Shown here: positions 12,381-26,390 of the stretch, piece after piece
How the letters are laid out: each line of letters opens with the position of its first letter
How positions within the stretch are numbered: position 1 is the stretch's first letter
Assembly: GCA_028534125.1 (NCBI GenBank)
Contig: CM052818.1
Span: 27,530,001-27,594,000 of the forward strand
Reading direction: 5' to 3'
Source: Lama glama
Lineage: Eukaryota
Length of the DNA stretch: 64,000 bases
Position numbers and translations under genes: made by a program
Notes under the pieces: generated by a model
Databases searched by the model: none
Told to the model about the DNA's origin: nothing
The model's input: only the letters and a program-made list of their open reading frames with translations

Positions 12381-13232
12381 GGTAACTGGATAACACAGGA
12401 TGGAAGCAAGATCCTTAAACGAGAATCTTGGGCAGAGGACAGGGTATGGAAATGCATTGTCTATGTCAGTATTTTGTGATATTACTAAAAATGATGAAAG
12501 AATTAGTGGGAAAAAGAAAGATGAAACACCAGGTACTTAAATCTTTCATGAATTATGGAGAGGGTCTGGGAGAGAAATAGATGGTTTCAACATGGAGGGT
12601 TAGTAATATGGTACAGTTAAGACAAGCATACCAGACAGCCTGTGTAAAGGGAAGGTCAAGGTGGTCATACTGTTTGAATAAAATAATGTAATCAAATGGC
12701 ACACAGTATACACACATACACATAAACACACAAGTGCACACACACAAAAACATACAAGTGCACAGACATATATACACACAGCCGCAAACAAACACATTAC
12801 CCTTCACCCTTTCTACCCTCAGTATAAGAACAGATTTAAGAGCTCTGGTTCCTCAGATGAGCTTAAAAATATTGAATTGTCAATAATCTGACCTCATATG
12901 TATTGGAAGAAAGTTGGAGACTTAGCATAAAAGTAAATTTTCCTTCATTCCTTTCGTATCCACTTGTCTTTCACCCTCTTTTCTCCTTGCCTTTCTTTCC
13001 ATCATGTATCAAATGGAACCACACTCTACACACCTTGGATGCCTAAGAACCAGAAGACATACTCTTAATTAAGCGCTGTTGCTGCTTCTCTGTTCTGTTT
13101 CAGGTGGGTGGGGAATTCCGGAGCAGGAGTAGCAGGGCTGCTCCCAACAACAGCCTGCTCAAAATCTTAGCTGACCCTTCCCTGCATAATGCACGGACCT
13201 GATGACAAGGAAGAACACGGAGGAGCGGATCT

Positions 13233-13540
13233 ACAGAGTGGGTGGTTGTCAGCTGCAGACCATGACTGATTCATAGACTGTGAAATCAGTTAAGTGGGTC
13301 TTGACCACCACTATTTTCTTTAAATAAAGAATTTTAAAAATAGAATAGAAAATTATCAGAGTGCATTAAATGTAATGAGGGTGAAATTGGGCAGGAAACA
13401 TGAGTTTATATGAATATTATATATAAATGTATATGGGTAGACAGTGTGTATAAATATGCATATTTATCCACATACTTGTAATGAGTTGTGATGTAAATAC
13501 TACAGGTCACAATCAACAGTGTTTGAAAGCAACTGTTCTA
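13233..13540. mobile_element. hAT-Charlie-type relic
   Basis: gtgaaatcagttaagtgggtcttgacc...gtttgaaagcaactgttctag. Confidence 0.55.
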
Positions 13541-13699
13541 GGGAATTCTATCCACTCTGACAGATACTGAATTCTAAATTCTCTTTATAAGAAATAGATT
13601 CCAGAAAATGTACCTCTCCATTCTCCTCCACGTCTCCGCCTGTACGCCCACCTGCCTACCGAATATTCAACTGACCCCTAAATTCAAGTTGTTTAAACA

Positions 13700-13955
13700 A
13701 CTCACTATATGTTATATTTGAAAGTGTTGTTAATAGAGTAAATCCTAAGAGTTCTCATCACACACACACAAATTTTTTTCTATTTCTTTCATTTGTATCT
13801 ATATGTCTGTATAAGATGATGGTTGTTCATTAGACTTATTGTGACAATCATTTCACGATGTATGTAAGTCAAGTCATTATGCTGCACACTTTAAACTTAT
13901 ACAGTGCTGTGTGTTAATTACATCTCAATAAAACTGGAAGGAAAAAAAAAAAACC
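13700..13955 (+). mobile_element. L1 3' end within degenerate L2-like sequence
   Basis: gtaaatcctaagagttctcatcac...catctcaataaaactggaag plus poly(A). Confidence 0.85.
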
Positions 13956-13959
13956 AAAG

Positions 13960-14430
13960 CAACTACAACCTTCACTAAGCCCCAGAGCCTCTCCTGGACT
14001 TGACTATGTCTCTAAATTAATTCATCCATTCAGTCAGATGCAAACCTTCAGCGGTAGCCAGTCCTCTCAACTCCATCTGTTCCTCTTTCACTCATCCCTC
14101 TCAAAGCCACCATCCTTATCTGCCTCCAGTACTGCTGTAATATCTTCATGTGAAGTGTCTCAGTCTATACTCTACATTGAACAGTCCATATACTATGTTC
14201 ACTTAAATTCTCTAAATCACCATGTTGATGCCCCTGATCAAAAAAAACCCTTCACTAGTTCCTCAAAATTTATCAAATAAAACCCAAACACACTTTTATA
14301 GGCTGTTGAGTTGTTGGTACCTGGAACTCAGAGACTTTGTCATGTATCTTAGGACCCCTCTCTCCACCTAGTAGGGTGATTATAGACAGTAGGCATGTAA
14401 TAAATGTTTGAAGATTGAATAATTAATGAA
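13960..14430 (+). mobile_element. L2 fragment
   Basis: Ends agtaggcatgtaataaatgtttgaagattgaat (L2 tail). Confidence 0.55.
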
Positions 14431-15877
14431 AAAATTGTTATTAAACCCCTGATACATAAAGTGAAAATAAAGTTCTCCTTATTAAGTAATAATTAATCAG
14501 AATTTCTTCATGTAATCCAAAACTTCAAATTTTCAAGAAGGCTAAGAAAAGATGAGATCAGCTCACATTAAATTCCAAGACACCTAGCTAAATACCACCC
14601 AGTCAATGCAGTACACAAAGAAGCATGGCATTAAAAATGAATGAATGGATTCATTTGTATAAACAAATAAAATGACTTTTTGTCCATGACGTTAGGTAGC
14701 ATTATTTAGATTTTCATTAAACTATTTAACTTAAACCACAGTTAGTTCTAACAAAGGGTACAAAATCGGGGGTTTTATATGTGTAAATAACTTAGACTGC
14801 TCGAAGCAGATGGCTTGAGACTTTCTTCCTATATTTCTCATATATGTGCCCAAACTATGAGGAAATGACTGACAGGATGGCCCCAAATTACTTCTACTCT
14901 CATAAAAAAGTACATACTAAACAATAATGGGAAAATAATCTCAATACACCAACTCTACATGAAAACTAAGCTGAAATCAAAACTGACAGCTCAGTCCCAA
15001 AATGCACATTCAATCTAATGGGAGAGAATGTCAGCAGAAAATAATTACCTGCTCCTCTCACCCTGTTTTCCGTAAAATTAACTTGAAAATGTTTCAAGCT
15101 GTTGTTGGAGGAAAATTCAACACACAGGTTAATCTTATCTTTAATTATAAAAAAGCAGTGCACACTTTTTTTTTAACATGCAAATTCAATTGTATATTAT
15201 TCAGTGTGAGGAAGGTTTGCCATCATGGAAAAAAATACCTTTCTTTCAGAACAATGGTATCAGGTGCTAACAAATGCATTTCTATTTTTGGTTGTAATTT
15301 AATTCTACTCACAAAGAAATGTGCAAGACGGAAACAATGATAAGAGAAAATTACGTCTAAGTTTTGTTTAGTTTTAGCATGAACTACCTGGATGGATACA
15401 TACGACTATTTGTATAAAAAAAGCTCTAATTTAAAAAATATGTTATAATAGGGTGCTTAATATTCACATCACATTTTACAGTTTATAAAAGCATTTTAAA
15501 TATACTGCCACACTCCCTTTTCTGAATCTGCAGAAGTGTTAGGGTCTATTACTCTGATATGATACATTATGATGTCATCAAACATGATGCTATAGAAAAA
15601 CAGGACACATAATGAAAATAATGCTAATCATACAGAAGTCTCATATTAACTAGGAATGACACTTCAGAGTGGCAGAGAGCTCTCTAATTAATTCTTTCTC
15701 AAATTTTCCTGCTGCCTGCTCAAACATGATCTCCTCTGAGCAGAAAGGCTCGGTAACACAAGACAATTGCAGAAGAATTTTGTTGCTGCTGTGGCTGTTG
15801 CTGTGGCTCCACAACTAATTTGCAAAGAATAAATTCTGTGATTTCTCACCAGGCTCACAATTTAGATAACTGCTCCT

Positions 15878-16105
15878 TGAGGAGACAGCATGGTGCAAAG
15901 ATCAAATATTCTGGCTAGATCCACATTGCCTGGGTTGAAACTTAGCTCTACCACTTACTGTGTGTCCTTGGGAAAAGTTCCTTAACCTCTCTCTATAAAT
16001 GTTTGAAATGAGGATGAGAATATTTCTTTTCTCAGAGGATTGCTTTGGGGATCAAATAAAATGATGTACATAAAACATTTAGTGACTGACAAGTAGTAAA
16101 TAGTC
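15878..16105 (+). mobile_element. MIR
   Basis: gagacagcatggtg...ccacttactgtgtgtccttgggaaaagttccttaacctctct. Confidence 0.75.
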
Positions 16106-16639
16106 ATTTGGGGTTTTTTCCCTTCAAAGTACAATGTCAAATCTATTGGCAGTATAACAAATCACGGATTGTAAAGGAAGACAGTGCTCTTGTGTTAAAG
16201 CAACAAGGAATCTCCCCTCATGCCTTTCTTGTTGCGAGTGTTAGGAGGGGCACAGTTGTGCAGAGTCAAGAATATATTAAAGTTTCATAAACATTAAAGC
16301 TTATGAAATCTTTGTAAAGGCTTCTTTCTTTCACCAGTGGAGTGAGGTTTGGACCAAACCAAGTCCAGGCAGAGCCTACCTCCCATGATGAGACAGATGT
16401 CACATGGCCAGTACAATCAAAGATTCTGCTGACCAATCACTGTCTCCTTTAAGTAGACAAAGGACCTCAAAGAACCACAATGACCAGAACGAGGGAGTTA
16501 TCGCTCTTGGCTCTACCAGCAGAATAATGTCCCAATATGCTGACAAATACAAAAGCAGGTGAACCAAAATTATAGGGCTTAATCTCATTTTTATAAAATA
16601 TTAATAGCAATTTTCAAGCAATGAGATTACGTAGAAGGT

Positions 16640-17190
16640 GCTTTCTTATTTTGGGATAACTTTAGAGTTACAGAAAAGTTGGAAAGGTAGTGGAGTGTGC
16701 TCCCACGTACCTGTTGCCCGGTTCACCACTAATGTCAACATCTGACATAACTATGGCATATTTGTTAAAACCGAGAGACTAATATTGTTACCTTACTATT
16801 AACTAAGCTCCTGACTTTATTTAGATTTCACCAGTTTTTTGTAATGATGTCCTTTTTCTTTTCCAGGATTCCACTTTGCCCTTAGGTGTCATGACTCCTG
16901 AGGCTCTCTGGTCTATGACAGTTTCTTAGCCATTCCTTCTTTGTCACAACCCTGACAGTTTGGAGGTGTGATGGATAGATATTTTGTGCACTATGCCTCA
17001 ATTTGGATTTCTCTGATGTTTTCTTCTCATGCTTAGACTAAGGTTATAGGTTTTTGAGAAGAATACCACAGAGGTAAAAGTGCCTTTCTTGTTACATCAG
17101 AGCAGGGTGTATGTGAAAACAACATGACTTTTCGTTGGTGATGCTAACCTTGACCACTTGGTTAAAGTATAGTCTGCCAGGTGCCTATGT
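16640..17190 (-). mobile_element. L1MC-type 3' end
   Basis: ataactttagagttacagaaaagttg...gatttcaccagtttt...gaagaataccacagaggt...aaccttgaccacttggttaa. Confidence 0.8.
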
Positions 17191-17339
17191 TTCATACCAA
17201 AGTCTGGGGATCTGAGTGCTTGTTGCTATTGGAAAAACATTTACCCTTACTAGTTCAAATAAACACAAATTACAGAAATATTTATGAAGCATTCTAGAAT
17301 AAGAAAAAGTTGGGATTTTTAAAAATAGCTCACAATATT

Positions 17340-17760
17340 TGGAGTAATTCCTGTGGAACTGGGGTACTCATTTATTGCCGGTGGCAATGGAAATTGGTAC
17401 ATTTTTGGAAAGCAATGAAATAATAAGAACTATACAAATTTTCATTAATCTTTGGATCCAGACAATTCAGGAAGTGAGATAAATAAATTACTCAACAGTA
17501 TAAAAAAATCTACGTGCACAGGGTATTTATTGTCGAAAACCTAGAAACATGCTAAATGCACAACAGCAGAATGATTTAGTAAATTACAGTGCATCAACTG
17601 GACAGAAAACTACGTAGTTATTAAAATGGTAATTATAAAGTAAATGTAGAAATACAGGAAATGTTTATGGTTTACAGTTTGAGTGGAAAAGAAAGAATAA
17701 AGAGAAGTCTGTATTCTAGGATCATGACTAAAATGTATATTTGTGTAGACAAAAACCAAA
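17340..17760 (+). mobile_element. Old L1 (L1ME-type) 3' fragment
   Basis: tgccggtggcaatggaaattggtaca...ggaaagcaat...aaatgcacaacagcagaatg. Confidence 0.6.
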
Positions 17761-17910
17761 TTTTCTCAATTCTGAAAGGCATGGTTTTAACATATCAACA
17801 GCTGTAAAATCAGGGTGTATCTTACAATCAGTACTGTCTTGTGCTTTAATTAGAAGCCTCTTTTTTTAGAGGTACATAAAATAATGATACATCTTACATT
17901 AAATGAGATG
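17760..17910. mobile_element. Tigger-family-like relic
   Basis: ttttaacat...aaaatcagggtgtatcttacaatc. Confidence 0.45.
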
Positions 17911-18849
17911 TGGAGCTGTTAGAAAATATGCCAATATGTTAACGTTGAGAGATTCTAGATGTCTCATTTCACCTATGTTCAAAATTGAACTTTCTTTCAG
18001 TAATACATTTAAAAGAATAACAAATTACTAGAGCCAAATGTCTTTGATGAGCAGTGGAAAATTCTAGAGTAGATACATCTCTAAGCAATTTTCATATGCA
18101 ATGAATGAGCCATCTTTTAAGAGGAGAAAGACTATAGGAGGAATTCTGAAGAAAGCAATCTATCTTTAGTAAAGGAAGAGGAATTAAGGAGGAAGGGGTC
18201 CAAAATGTTTCCCAATCTACCTTGTGATTTGTAGGATGCAGGTTTCTTTTACATCTAGCTTCAAAAGGATCAGTAATCCAGTGCCATGACATGAAATTCA
18301 GAAGCTGAAAATAGCTAAGTAGTTGTCTTTCTTATCATCTTTCATTAAAAGTGGTTCTGAATTAAGACATAATTAAATTTGGCACGAAGGATTTGAGGGT
18401 AAGCCATTTTAATCTTACACAAGAAGTCTTGCCAAAAACAAGAAAATAATGACATAAATTCACATGGGGTCAGAAAGAGTCCTCAGTTTTCAAAATAGAA
18501 GTAAATGGCGAAAACCATAAATGCAAAAAAATGGGAGTGATATTAGGAGAGAAACAAATATCAGAATACTAAAAGTAAAATTTATTACAAACTTTTGGAG
18601 ACTTTTTAATCAGTTATGATTAGAGTTAACAAAAGAAAAGAGATGTCAATCTGTTCTTCTTCTCTTTTTTTCTATAAGAACATATGACATGAGATTTATT
18701 TAGATCTGAGACCAAGAGGAGATGCCACCCAGAAAGAGTGACCTAAGTGAGAAAACAATTTAAGTTGGAAAAAAATTATGTCTCAATTCTGTAATCATCA
18801 GAAACCAGAAATTCTAATTACAATAATTTATTCAAAATCATTTGAGGTA

Positions 18850-19323
18850 TCTTCCCTTTCTTCCTCACATCAGTAGCAGAACTTCCATTATTAGTGGGGC
18901 ACATCCCCTCTAGGAACAGTCTTGATTTTTCCAGTTCCTCTACAGCCTGTGGTCAAGCTCTGGGTAACGTGATGTAAATCAAAGCCATATATGACCACCC
19001 GGATCCCTCTTTAAGACAATTTAAAGAGAGAAGTGAGTGGCCTTTCATCCTCCTCCAGGTGTCTCTGCTGCCAGCCTCCATTGGATGTAATGCTTGGACA
19101 TTCCAAGTGCCATCTCAGTTTTTAGGCTGATACAGTGCCTGGCAGTCAGTGCCAAGACTGGTGAAGCAGGAAGAATCTTAGAACCTGACGACATTGTGGG
19201 TCTGCTCTCCCAGCTTCTGATGGCCACCCTTGGATGTCCATGGCACACCTTTTATCTTGGTGAAGCTATAATTATTTCTGGTGTTTAATACTTACAGTTG
19301 AACCTAAGTCGCAACTGATAACA
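18850..19323. mobile_element. Old MaLR LTR (MLT1J/K-like)
   Basis: cttccctttcttcc...ccaagtgccatct...gaacctgacgacattgtgg...aactgataaca. Confidence 0.55.
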
Positions 19324-21539
19324 TCTAGTATGTTACCGTCATTCTTGCCTTGTCAGGAACTGTTCTGAAGAATGTTCTGAATATGCTTCAGAAAATGGGT
19401 TTCTTTACCTCATACCCTAAACTGAAGAATTAATCCATAAGTACCAACTAGATATTATATCCTGTGCTCTACTTTTATGGATTGACGTGAAAGAAAAGCA
19501 AGATGAGAAGGGATTGCCAAATAAAAATGACATAGCTGGAGAAGATGGTGAGGAGGAGGAGAGTTGGCAAGTGGAAGGTTTGCTCTTCTTCCCTGTCTAA
19601 CATTCACCAGTTGTTAAATATATCTTTAGCAGACTTGAGAAGCACAAGACAGGCCTCTTAAAGCTTTGGGTATGAAGCCAGAAAACATTCCTAGTCCTGG
19701 CCCTGTGAACTTGAGGTCTTTCTATAGCGACTCTGGGTCTCTTATATATGACTATATACTAAGCTCTGCTAGGTCGGACAGCTTAGGGTCAGATGAAATA
19801 ACCTTCATAGAAATGCCCATTTTAATCATTTTTGTGGGCTTGGGCTTCTTGAAAGAAGAAGGTTAGAATTGCTTTCCCTATTGAGTCTTCTCCCAAACAC
19901 TGCTTTTTGTCTAGAATACATTTTTTGATCATCCTTTCATCCTTATTTTAAAATTTTCTGAAGTTCTACTTCATGGACATAATTCTTAGGATCATTTTCC
20001 CATTCGTTCCCAACTAGATATTTCATGCTAATGCATTTGATTATGTAAAATTCTGTTTACCTCTGATACATTTTTTTGTGTGTGTGCTTACTTAATGGTC
20101 ACTTTCCAAAGAGAAATAAACTTGGGGTTTACTTTCAACTGGCTCCTAGCACAGTTACTTCAACTCATGTTCATTAATCACCAACTATGTGTGTATTGGT
20201 GTGGGCATTAAAAAGATATTTCCTGAGGATGGGGGTGATGTTGGTGGAGGTAGTAATAATAAAATAATTCAGCATATGATGTAACTAAGGGGCAATCAAT
20301 AATGAATAATGTATCCTCAGTTAATAATGAAGAATCCCTCATGGGCTCATTACAAATGCAATCATGAACTCCATGCTTTTCACCTCATATTCAAAGCCTG
20401 CTTGAAGAAGGAGCTATTTACGGAGGAATTTTTGGTAGTCTTTGCATTCTTCCTGGCACTTCAGGTTTTACCCTCCAATCAAGCTAATCCCTCAGAAAGG
20501 CGCACACTTGTCCTGAGTGATGCCGGCGCTTGAGATGAGTCTTGTACAGAATTGTGCCTCTGTCATTTCCTGAGGAATGATCCTATTGTCATACAGCTTC
20601 ATGTTGGTGTTGAGAATTTCATCCACTGCCCTTAAGGGAAGTTCCATGTAAGCAGTTAGGTTTAGATTTTAATCTAATGAAGTATTTGTTTCTCACCAAA
20701 GTTGATATGATTATTTTCCTTAGACATTTAACACTATGTCCCAGACCAGCTTTTGTTTTCACATTGGTTGCCCAGGTGAGCCCAATTTCTTGTTCAACTC
20801 TAACAACTATGAAGACTTGGATAGTGTGGGTGCTTGTGGTTTTCTCACCTCTGTCACATCCCAATCCCAGGCTTAACTTTCCTCTGACCAAACTCATATT
20901 TTCCCTGGTCTTAACATTTTTTCCCCTCCTATTTATATCACACTGTTTTTATGGATGAGTTGGCCATAGGCAACTTGAAATGTGTTCTAGAAGAAGACAA
21001 AGACAGATAAGTAAATTAAATTAATAAATAAAATAAGGATGCACATTATATATAATTCAGGCAAAGAGTGGATGTCCTGAAGTATTCTAAGGGACCTGAG
21101 TCTAAAGGCCATTTCACTCTACTCCATACCTGCCTATCCAGATACACCAATCCTGAAGGTGTATGTCTTTCAAAGACACAGTAAGTCAGATTCTGTGCAA
21201 TAAACACTTTGTAGAACCTCCCTGACTCCATGGAGTTGGGGACATTGGCTAGAAAGTCCTTTTCCTCCCAAGAATCCCATATCGAGGGTGCTCTTGGAGG
21301 ACACTGACCTCTGGTTTCACCACGTCATTGCAGCAAGAAAATAAGTACACATTTGCACCTGAGGTGCAAACTTTCCAGGGAAGTTGCCATATACAATGTA
21401 GGTACCAGATTAAAAAGTTACCTGCTTAGTTTTCAGTTCATTAAGACCACTGAAAAGTTGACAATTGAATTCAGGTCAGTTAACAGCTGACGTAGGTCAA
21501 CTTTTCCATACAGCTGTGTACTCAGTAAAGTAATAATTA

Positions 21540-22180
21540 ACTAAGCATTAACTAAGCAACTATTTGTAAGGCACACTGCTGCCTGCTGTAGGGGCCATAA
21601 ATATGAATTAGTCAATTTTGAAAAGGTTGAAAGCACTGAGAGGTTCAGTGGTTGAGAAACTTGCAATAAAGTGAGGAAGGCTAAATTAATACTCAAAAGT
21701 CCATCAATATATGCAGATAAACCATTCTGTAAATGCTGTACCAGAATTACTAAGTGTTTCTATGGGGTGGAATTAACAGTTTCATGGAAGTTGTGAATTT
21801 TGAGATAATTCTTGTAATATCTAGATCATGTTGGTAGATAAACTGAACAGGAGAATTATGACTAGTTAGGAAAAAAGTATGAGTAAAAGGTTAAAAATAT
21901 TCAAGAACAATGCCAAAGGCAAACCATTTGGACTGCCTCAATAAAGGGGGAATGAAAAAACAAAACAAAAACAAATGCACTTAGCCTGGCATGCTGTAGA
22001 ATGGCAGGGAATAACACTAGGGGAGAACGTGAGCATAGGTTGATCAATCTGTTCTCAGTTCAGTGGAAAGTGAGGCATCCTCGGGCATTTCTAAGAAAGG
22101 GGTTGATGGCATCAGAGATTCCTTGACAGGCATAATCTGGAACTAAAATGAGGGATGAATTAAGGCTGGGGAGGAAGAGG
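21540..22180 (-). mobile_element. Degenerate L2
   Basis: caactatttgtaaggcacactgct...ggccataaatatgaattag. Confidence 0.5.
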
Positions 22181-23179
22181 TAGTTGAAAAATAACTAATC
22201 CTGTTTTCTATTAAATACCTCCTTACTGAATAGCAAGTGTTGAATCTACATCGATTATGTACACTTCAGATAGAATCACACACAGAATTACTGCTAATAA
22301 CCCTTAGAATAACTTACTAATGAAACTTAGCTTTAATGACATGCAACAATAATAGGCTTCTGAGATACAAAAACCTACGATCACATCATAATTTAACCAT
22401 CTCAATCATTTCAGTTTAAAAGAAATCAAAGAGGGTTTCCAGCAGTGTCTTTGGATTTCTTTACTCTTGTAATCAAAGCAACAAGAGTCCGGTTTTCTGA
22501 ACATTACTGAGTGGAATTGTTTACTTCTGCAAATCCTGCCTTTGCTTTCAGGATTGTAAGTGTATCGGTTCCCCTCTAACTCACTAAGTGCTTTTGCTCC
22601 ATGGTCACCCATCTGAACAGCAGAAAAACCTTCAACAAGTCGATTTCCGTCACAATCGGGACCAATCTGAAATCTAGACTTAATGCAAAAAATAATTTAT
22701 TTCCTGCTTTTCAACCTCCTTTTCCTAGATAACAAAGAATAATTCTATTAAAAATGCAATTAGCTGCGATCATCATGCATATCCAATTCAGCAACTGTTT
22801 ACTTAAAACCTTTTTTAGGCACACTGCTTTTTAAAAAGCTTTGCAGATGCAAATGTATTTGAATGTGTTTGCAAAGCGGTCATATTTGGATACTGTTGCC
22901 CATTTCTAGTTCCTTATTATATACGCTTGCATACCCTTTTCCCAAATTCTGCTGAAGCTAGCCCTCTGACACCCTTTTCAGCTCCGGGTACCCCTATCAC
23001 ACGACATACAGGAAACTAGATTTGCAATGTTTCAGATTCCTCCAGTTGGTAAGAAACAGTGATCTTCATTACTGATATTTTTTGAGAACTTCTGAAAAAT
23101 CTCAAAGGACAAAATAAAACCCCTACTCCTACCTCACACACACAAAAATTGATCATATGTTGACATTTTTAAGTTTTTG

Positions 23180-23326
23180 TGTTTTCTAAATAAAAATAAT
23201 ATAAATCAAGTTAAAGTCTCCTTAGTCTTCTACCCTCTGACCCAGTTTTCTCTCTCCTTCTCCGAAGCAATTCCTACCAGCACTTTGCTATTCAGTCTTC
23301 AGTCCATTGTGATGCTTGTGATGATG

Positions 23327-23360
<34 letters not shown>

Positions 23361-23930
23361 CCATATCCATAAGTAATATATATTGTTACTTTTGTGTTGC
23401 ATTTCACATTGAAATAAGTTGCATCATAAATTGCAATTGTTCTGCTTTATTGACAGAACAAATTCACACTGTTCTGCAATATTTCCACTTACGTTTTTGA
23501 GATCTATCAATGTTTATGTAAAGACATTGTGTCCATTATTTTTTTTACCACTGGGTAGTTTTCCATTGTAATGATCAAACCCCACTGTATTTATTCTGTT
23601 AGGATATTTCATTATATTTTTTCATTTAGGTTGTTTCAAATATTTCACTTCAAAAAACAATGCTGAATGAGAAGCAGCTTTGTGCAGGTCTGCTTGTGCA
23701 GCTGGAAGAGTTACCTCTTTGGGGCATAGATTTAGAAGTGAAATGTGTGTGCACTTTTAGTTTTTGGGAAGCTGCCAAATTGCTCTCCAAAGTGGCTGTA
23801 TCATTTATATCCCACTGGTTATTTCAGTCTTTTTCATTTTTGCTAATCTGATGGGTGAAAATTGCGACTAATTGTTGTTTCCATTTGCATCCCCAAGATT
23901 ACAAGAAAGGAAGGCTGAGTGAAAACCTCC
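23180..23930 (-). mobile_element. L1ME-type fragment containing (CA)n
   Basis: gctgccaaattgctctccaaagtggctgta...tttgctaatctgatgggtgaaaa; (AC)n at 23329-23356. Confidence 0.7.
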
Positions 23931-24957
23931 TGGCTGTGACACATGGGAGGGCTGGCCTTGGCTGCAAAGAGGTGACAGGAGGGTCAGCAGCCCTGTCTTG
24001 GCAGGGATGCGTGCGACAGTAGGGTTGCAAACCACCATTCACAAGGCTCAGAGAGGTGCCAGAGTAAGATCAACACCCCACCACCACAGCCAAAGGCCTG
24101 CACAATACACATGCTTAGCAAGACTCCAGTTTGTGGGTACAAAGCAAAATATTTCTCCCTTCCTATGTGACGTGGTAGAGTAAACTAAGTATGGCTAAAA
24201 AGGTTATCCATGAGTCACATTTTACAACATAGAAAATTTCTGTTCAAAGCAGTAAGGCACCATTGAATGGGTCTAGCTTATAACTAGGGTCTTATAATTC
24301 TCTTCTGAGTCCCTCTCCCCTTACCCTTTTTCCTCCTCTCCTGAAAGCACCCTGAATCCTCCCTCCTTAGCCTAGCAATTCACTGTAAAGTAATAAAGCA
24401 CAAACTGGAAAGCAGAAGATGTCAACTCTGGGCATTGCTGGTAAACTAATACAACACTTGGCGCAAATCGTTTTTCTGAGAGATTTCTTGTTCGAAGTTG
24501 TCTGTTTCATTTTCTTAGCACCTCCTGTGGGAGGGGATGACCCACCAGAGGCAGCAGAGCCAGAACTCCATCTCAGTCAGTGCCCTTTACCATCTTAAAC
24601 CTGCCATCTCCTGCCTTTACAGCCAGGCTCCGTGTTCCTTCCTTGGTGTCAGGCTACCCATCTAATGGCTTTTTCCCTTCTAAGGAAAAGAGGGTGAACT
24701 AGGGGAAAACCCCAGAGACCTCCCCATCACCCACAGTAGTTGGGGCTCCATCTGTCATTCATTCCTCGAGGAACTAGGCTAGGGGATTTCCACCAGGGGA
24801 ATTTCACTGGCGGTTGGGCTTCCATATTCTTCTTAGGTGGCCATCAAACCATGTCCAGGGGTTTCTCTGCCACAGTGAGTCAAGGAGGGCAAAAAATTCA
24901 TCCAGACTTTGCACAGACAGGCCCTGCGTACATGTCTGTGAAGTTAGGGCAGGGACA

Positions 24958-25431
24958 GTGTGGTGGAGAGACTGGCTCCATGATCTCTGCTCTCAGTGTT
25001 CATGCCCTTGTACAGTCCCCTTCCTCTGACTGTGGACAGGTACCTGCGACTTTACTCTCATCAAAAGGAGATATCAAAGGTGATGGGAGGTCACTCCCAG
25101 GATTATATTTTGTTACACAAGACCTGCTAACCACCTTGCTCTAGGATTTTGCTTTCCTTGCTGGTTTTGAAGAAGAAAGCTGCTCTAAATCCTTATAGCC
25201 ACAAGAAAATTAATTATGTTGACAACTAGAATGAGTGTGGAAGTAAGCCTTTCCCCAGTTAAGCCTCCGGATGAAAATGTAGCCCTGGCCAACACCTTGA
25301 TTGAAGCCTTGCAGAGGACCCAACCAAGCAACGTTCAGACTCCTGACCTAAAGAAGCTGTGAGATAATAAATGTGTGCTGTTTTAAGCTGCTTTGCGTAT
25401 TATTTGGTACACAGCATGTAAAACTAATGCA
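24958..25431 (+). mobile_element. MaLR LTR (MLT1F/G-like)
   Basis: tgtggtgg...gttcatgcccttgtacagtcccctt...ctgtgagataataaatgtgtgctgttttaagc...aaactaatgca. Confidence 0.85.
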
Positions 25432-25899
25432 AGTAGGTGCACTTCATATGTGGTCTCTTAATACACTTGGTATGTGGGAGAAATACTTTGAATCCAATGC
25501 ATAGAAAGAGAAAAGTCTATATTAAGCCTGTTCTTTCAGCCCCATGACAACAGTCCAGGTCATGGCCTCCTGCCTCTACTGAGAATAGATCAGAACCCTG
25601 GGCACCTGGGGCTGCAGCATGTGAAAGCAGTCGAGCCAAAGACAGACACACCTCAGGGCTTTCCTGCCATTCTCAGCGTCTGGACGTCACAGCAGAGATG
25701 AGTGGGGGAAAAAAATCACAGTAGGGTGGTTAAAGGGGCAAAGGACCAAAGTGTGGTTCTACCTCTCAAGCTAGAGAGACTCCAACCACCAGTCCCCAGC
25801 TATTCTTTCTGACTCTGATGCAACCCAGTCAGTTAGGCTACTGCAGGCAAGTCCTTTCAGTAACTAGAAAGAGGGTCAGAATTTTCATTATGGGCCACA

Positions 25900-26390
25900 C
25901 AAGACCTGCATAACCAAGCCCCTGATCATTTTGTTCCATATTTCTACACTCCTGTCACACCTTCTTTTAGTGCTGGAACTCACCTTGCTTCCTCTTGCTG
26001 TGGGGCATTTGCACATGCTGGCCCCTGACATGCTATTTCCTCTAATTTTTACACAGTTATCTCTCCTTCAGATCTCAGCTTAGGTGACACTGCCCAGAGA
26101 AGCCTGTCCTTACCTTTGTAACTAGACCTAATGCCTGATGGCAGGACCTCAGGGTATGATAACTCTCACCCACTCAGCACTTGTCACAGCCTAACTGTCC
26201 ATTGGCCTCTCTGATTACTTGCTTAACTCGAGCCTCCCCTACTAGCCTCTTTCTGAGCCACAAGGGCGGGAAACAGGACAAGTTTTGACTTCTCACTGAC
26301 TTGCCATTAACTGGCCAGCACTGATCCTTGAACATCATGTGCTTCGATAAACATTCATTCAATACAGAGCTGAGTAAAACAAGCTTGTCT
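25900..26390 (+). mobile_element. L2 fragment
   Basis: ggggcatttgcacatgctgg...ccttcagatctcagcttagg...acattcattcaat. Confidence 0.6.

Noticed and set aside
12553..12807. Cys/Val-rich ORFs
   Set aside because: Translation of a degenerate (CA)n tract.
22406..22612. 68-aa ORF starting MGDHGAKAL as an LRR-protein fragment
   Set aside because: Only a few residues resemble the GDxGAKAL motif and there is no LRR periodicity.
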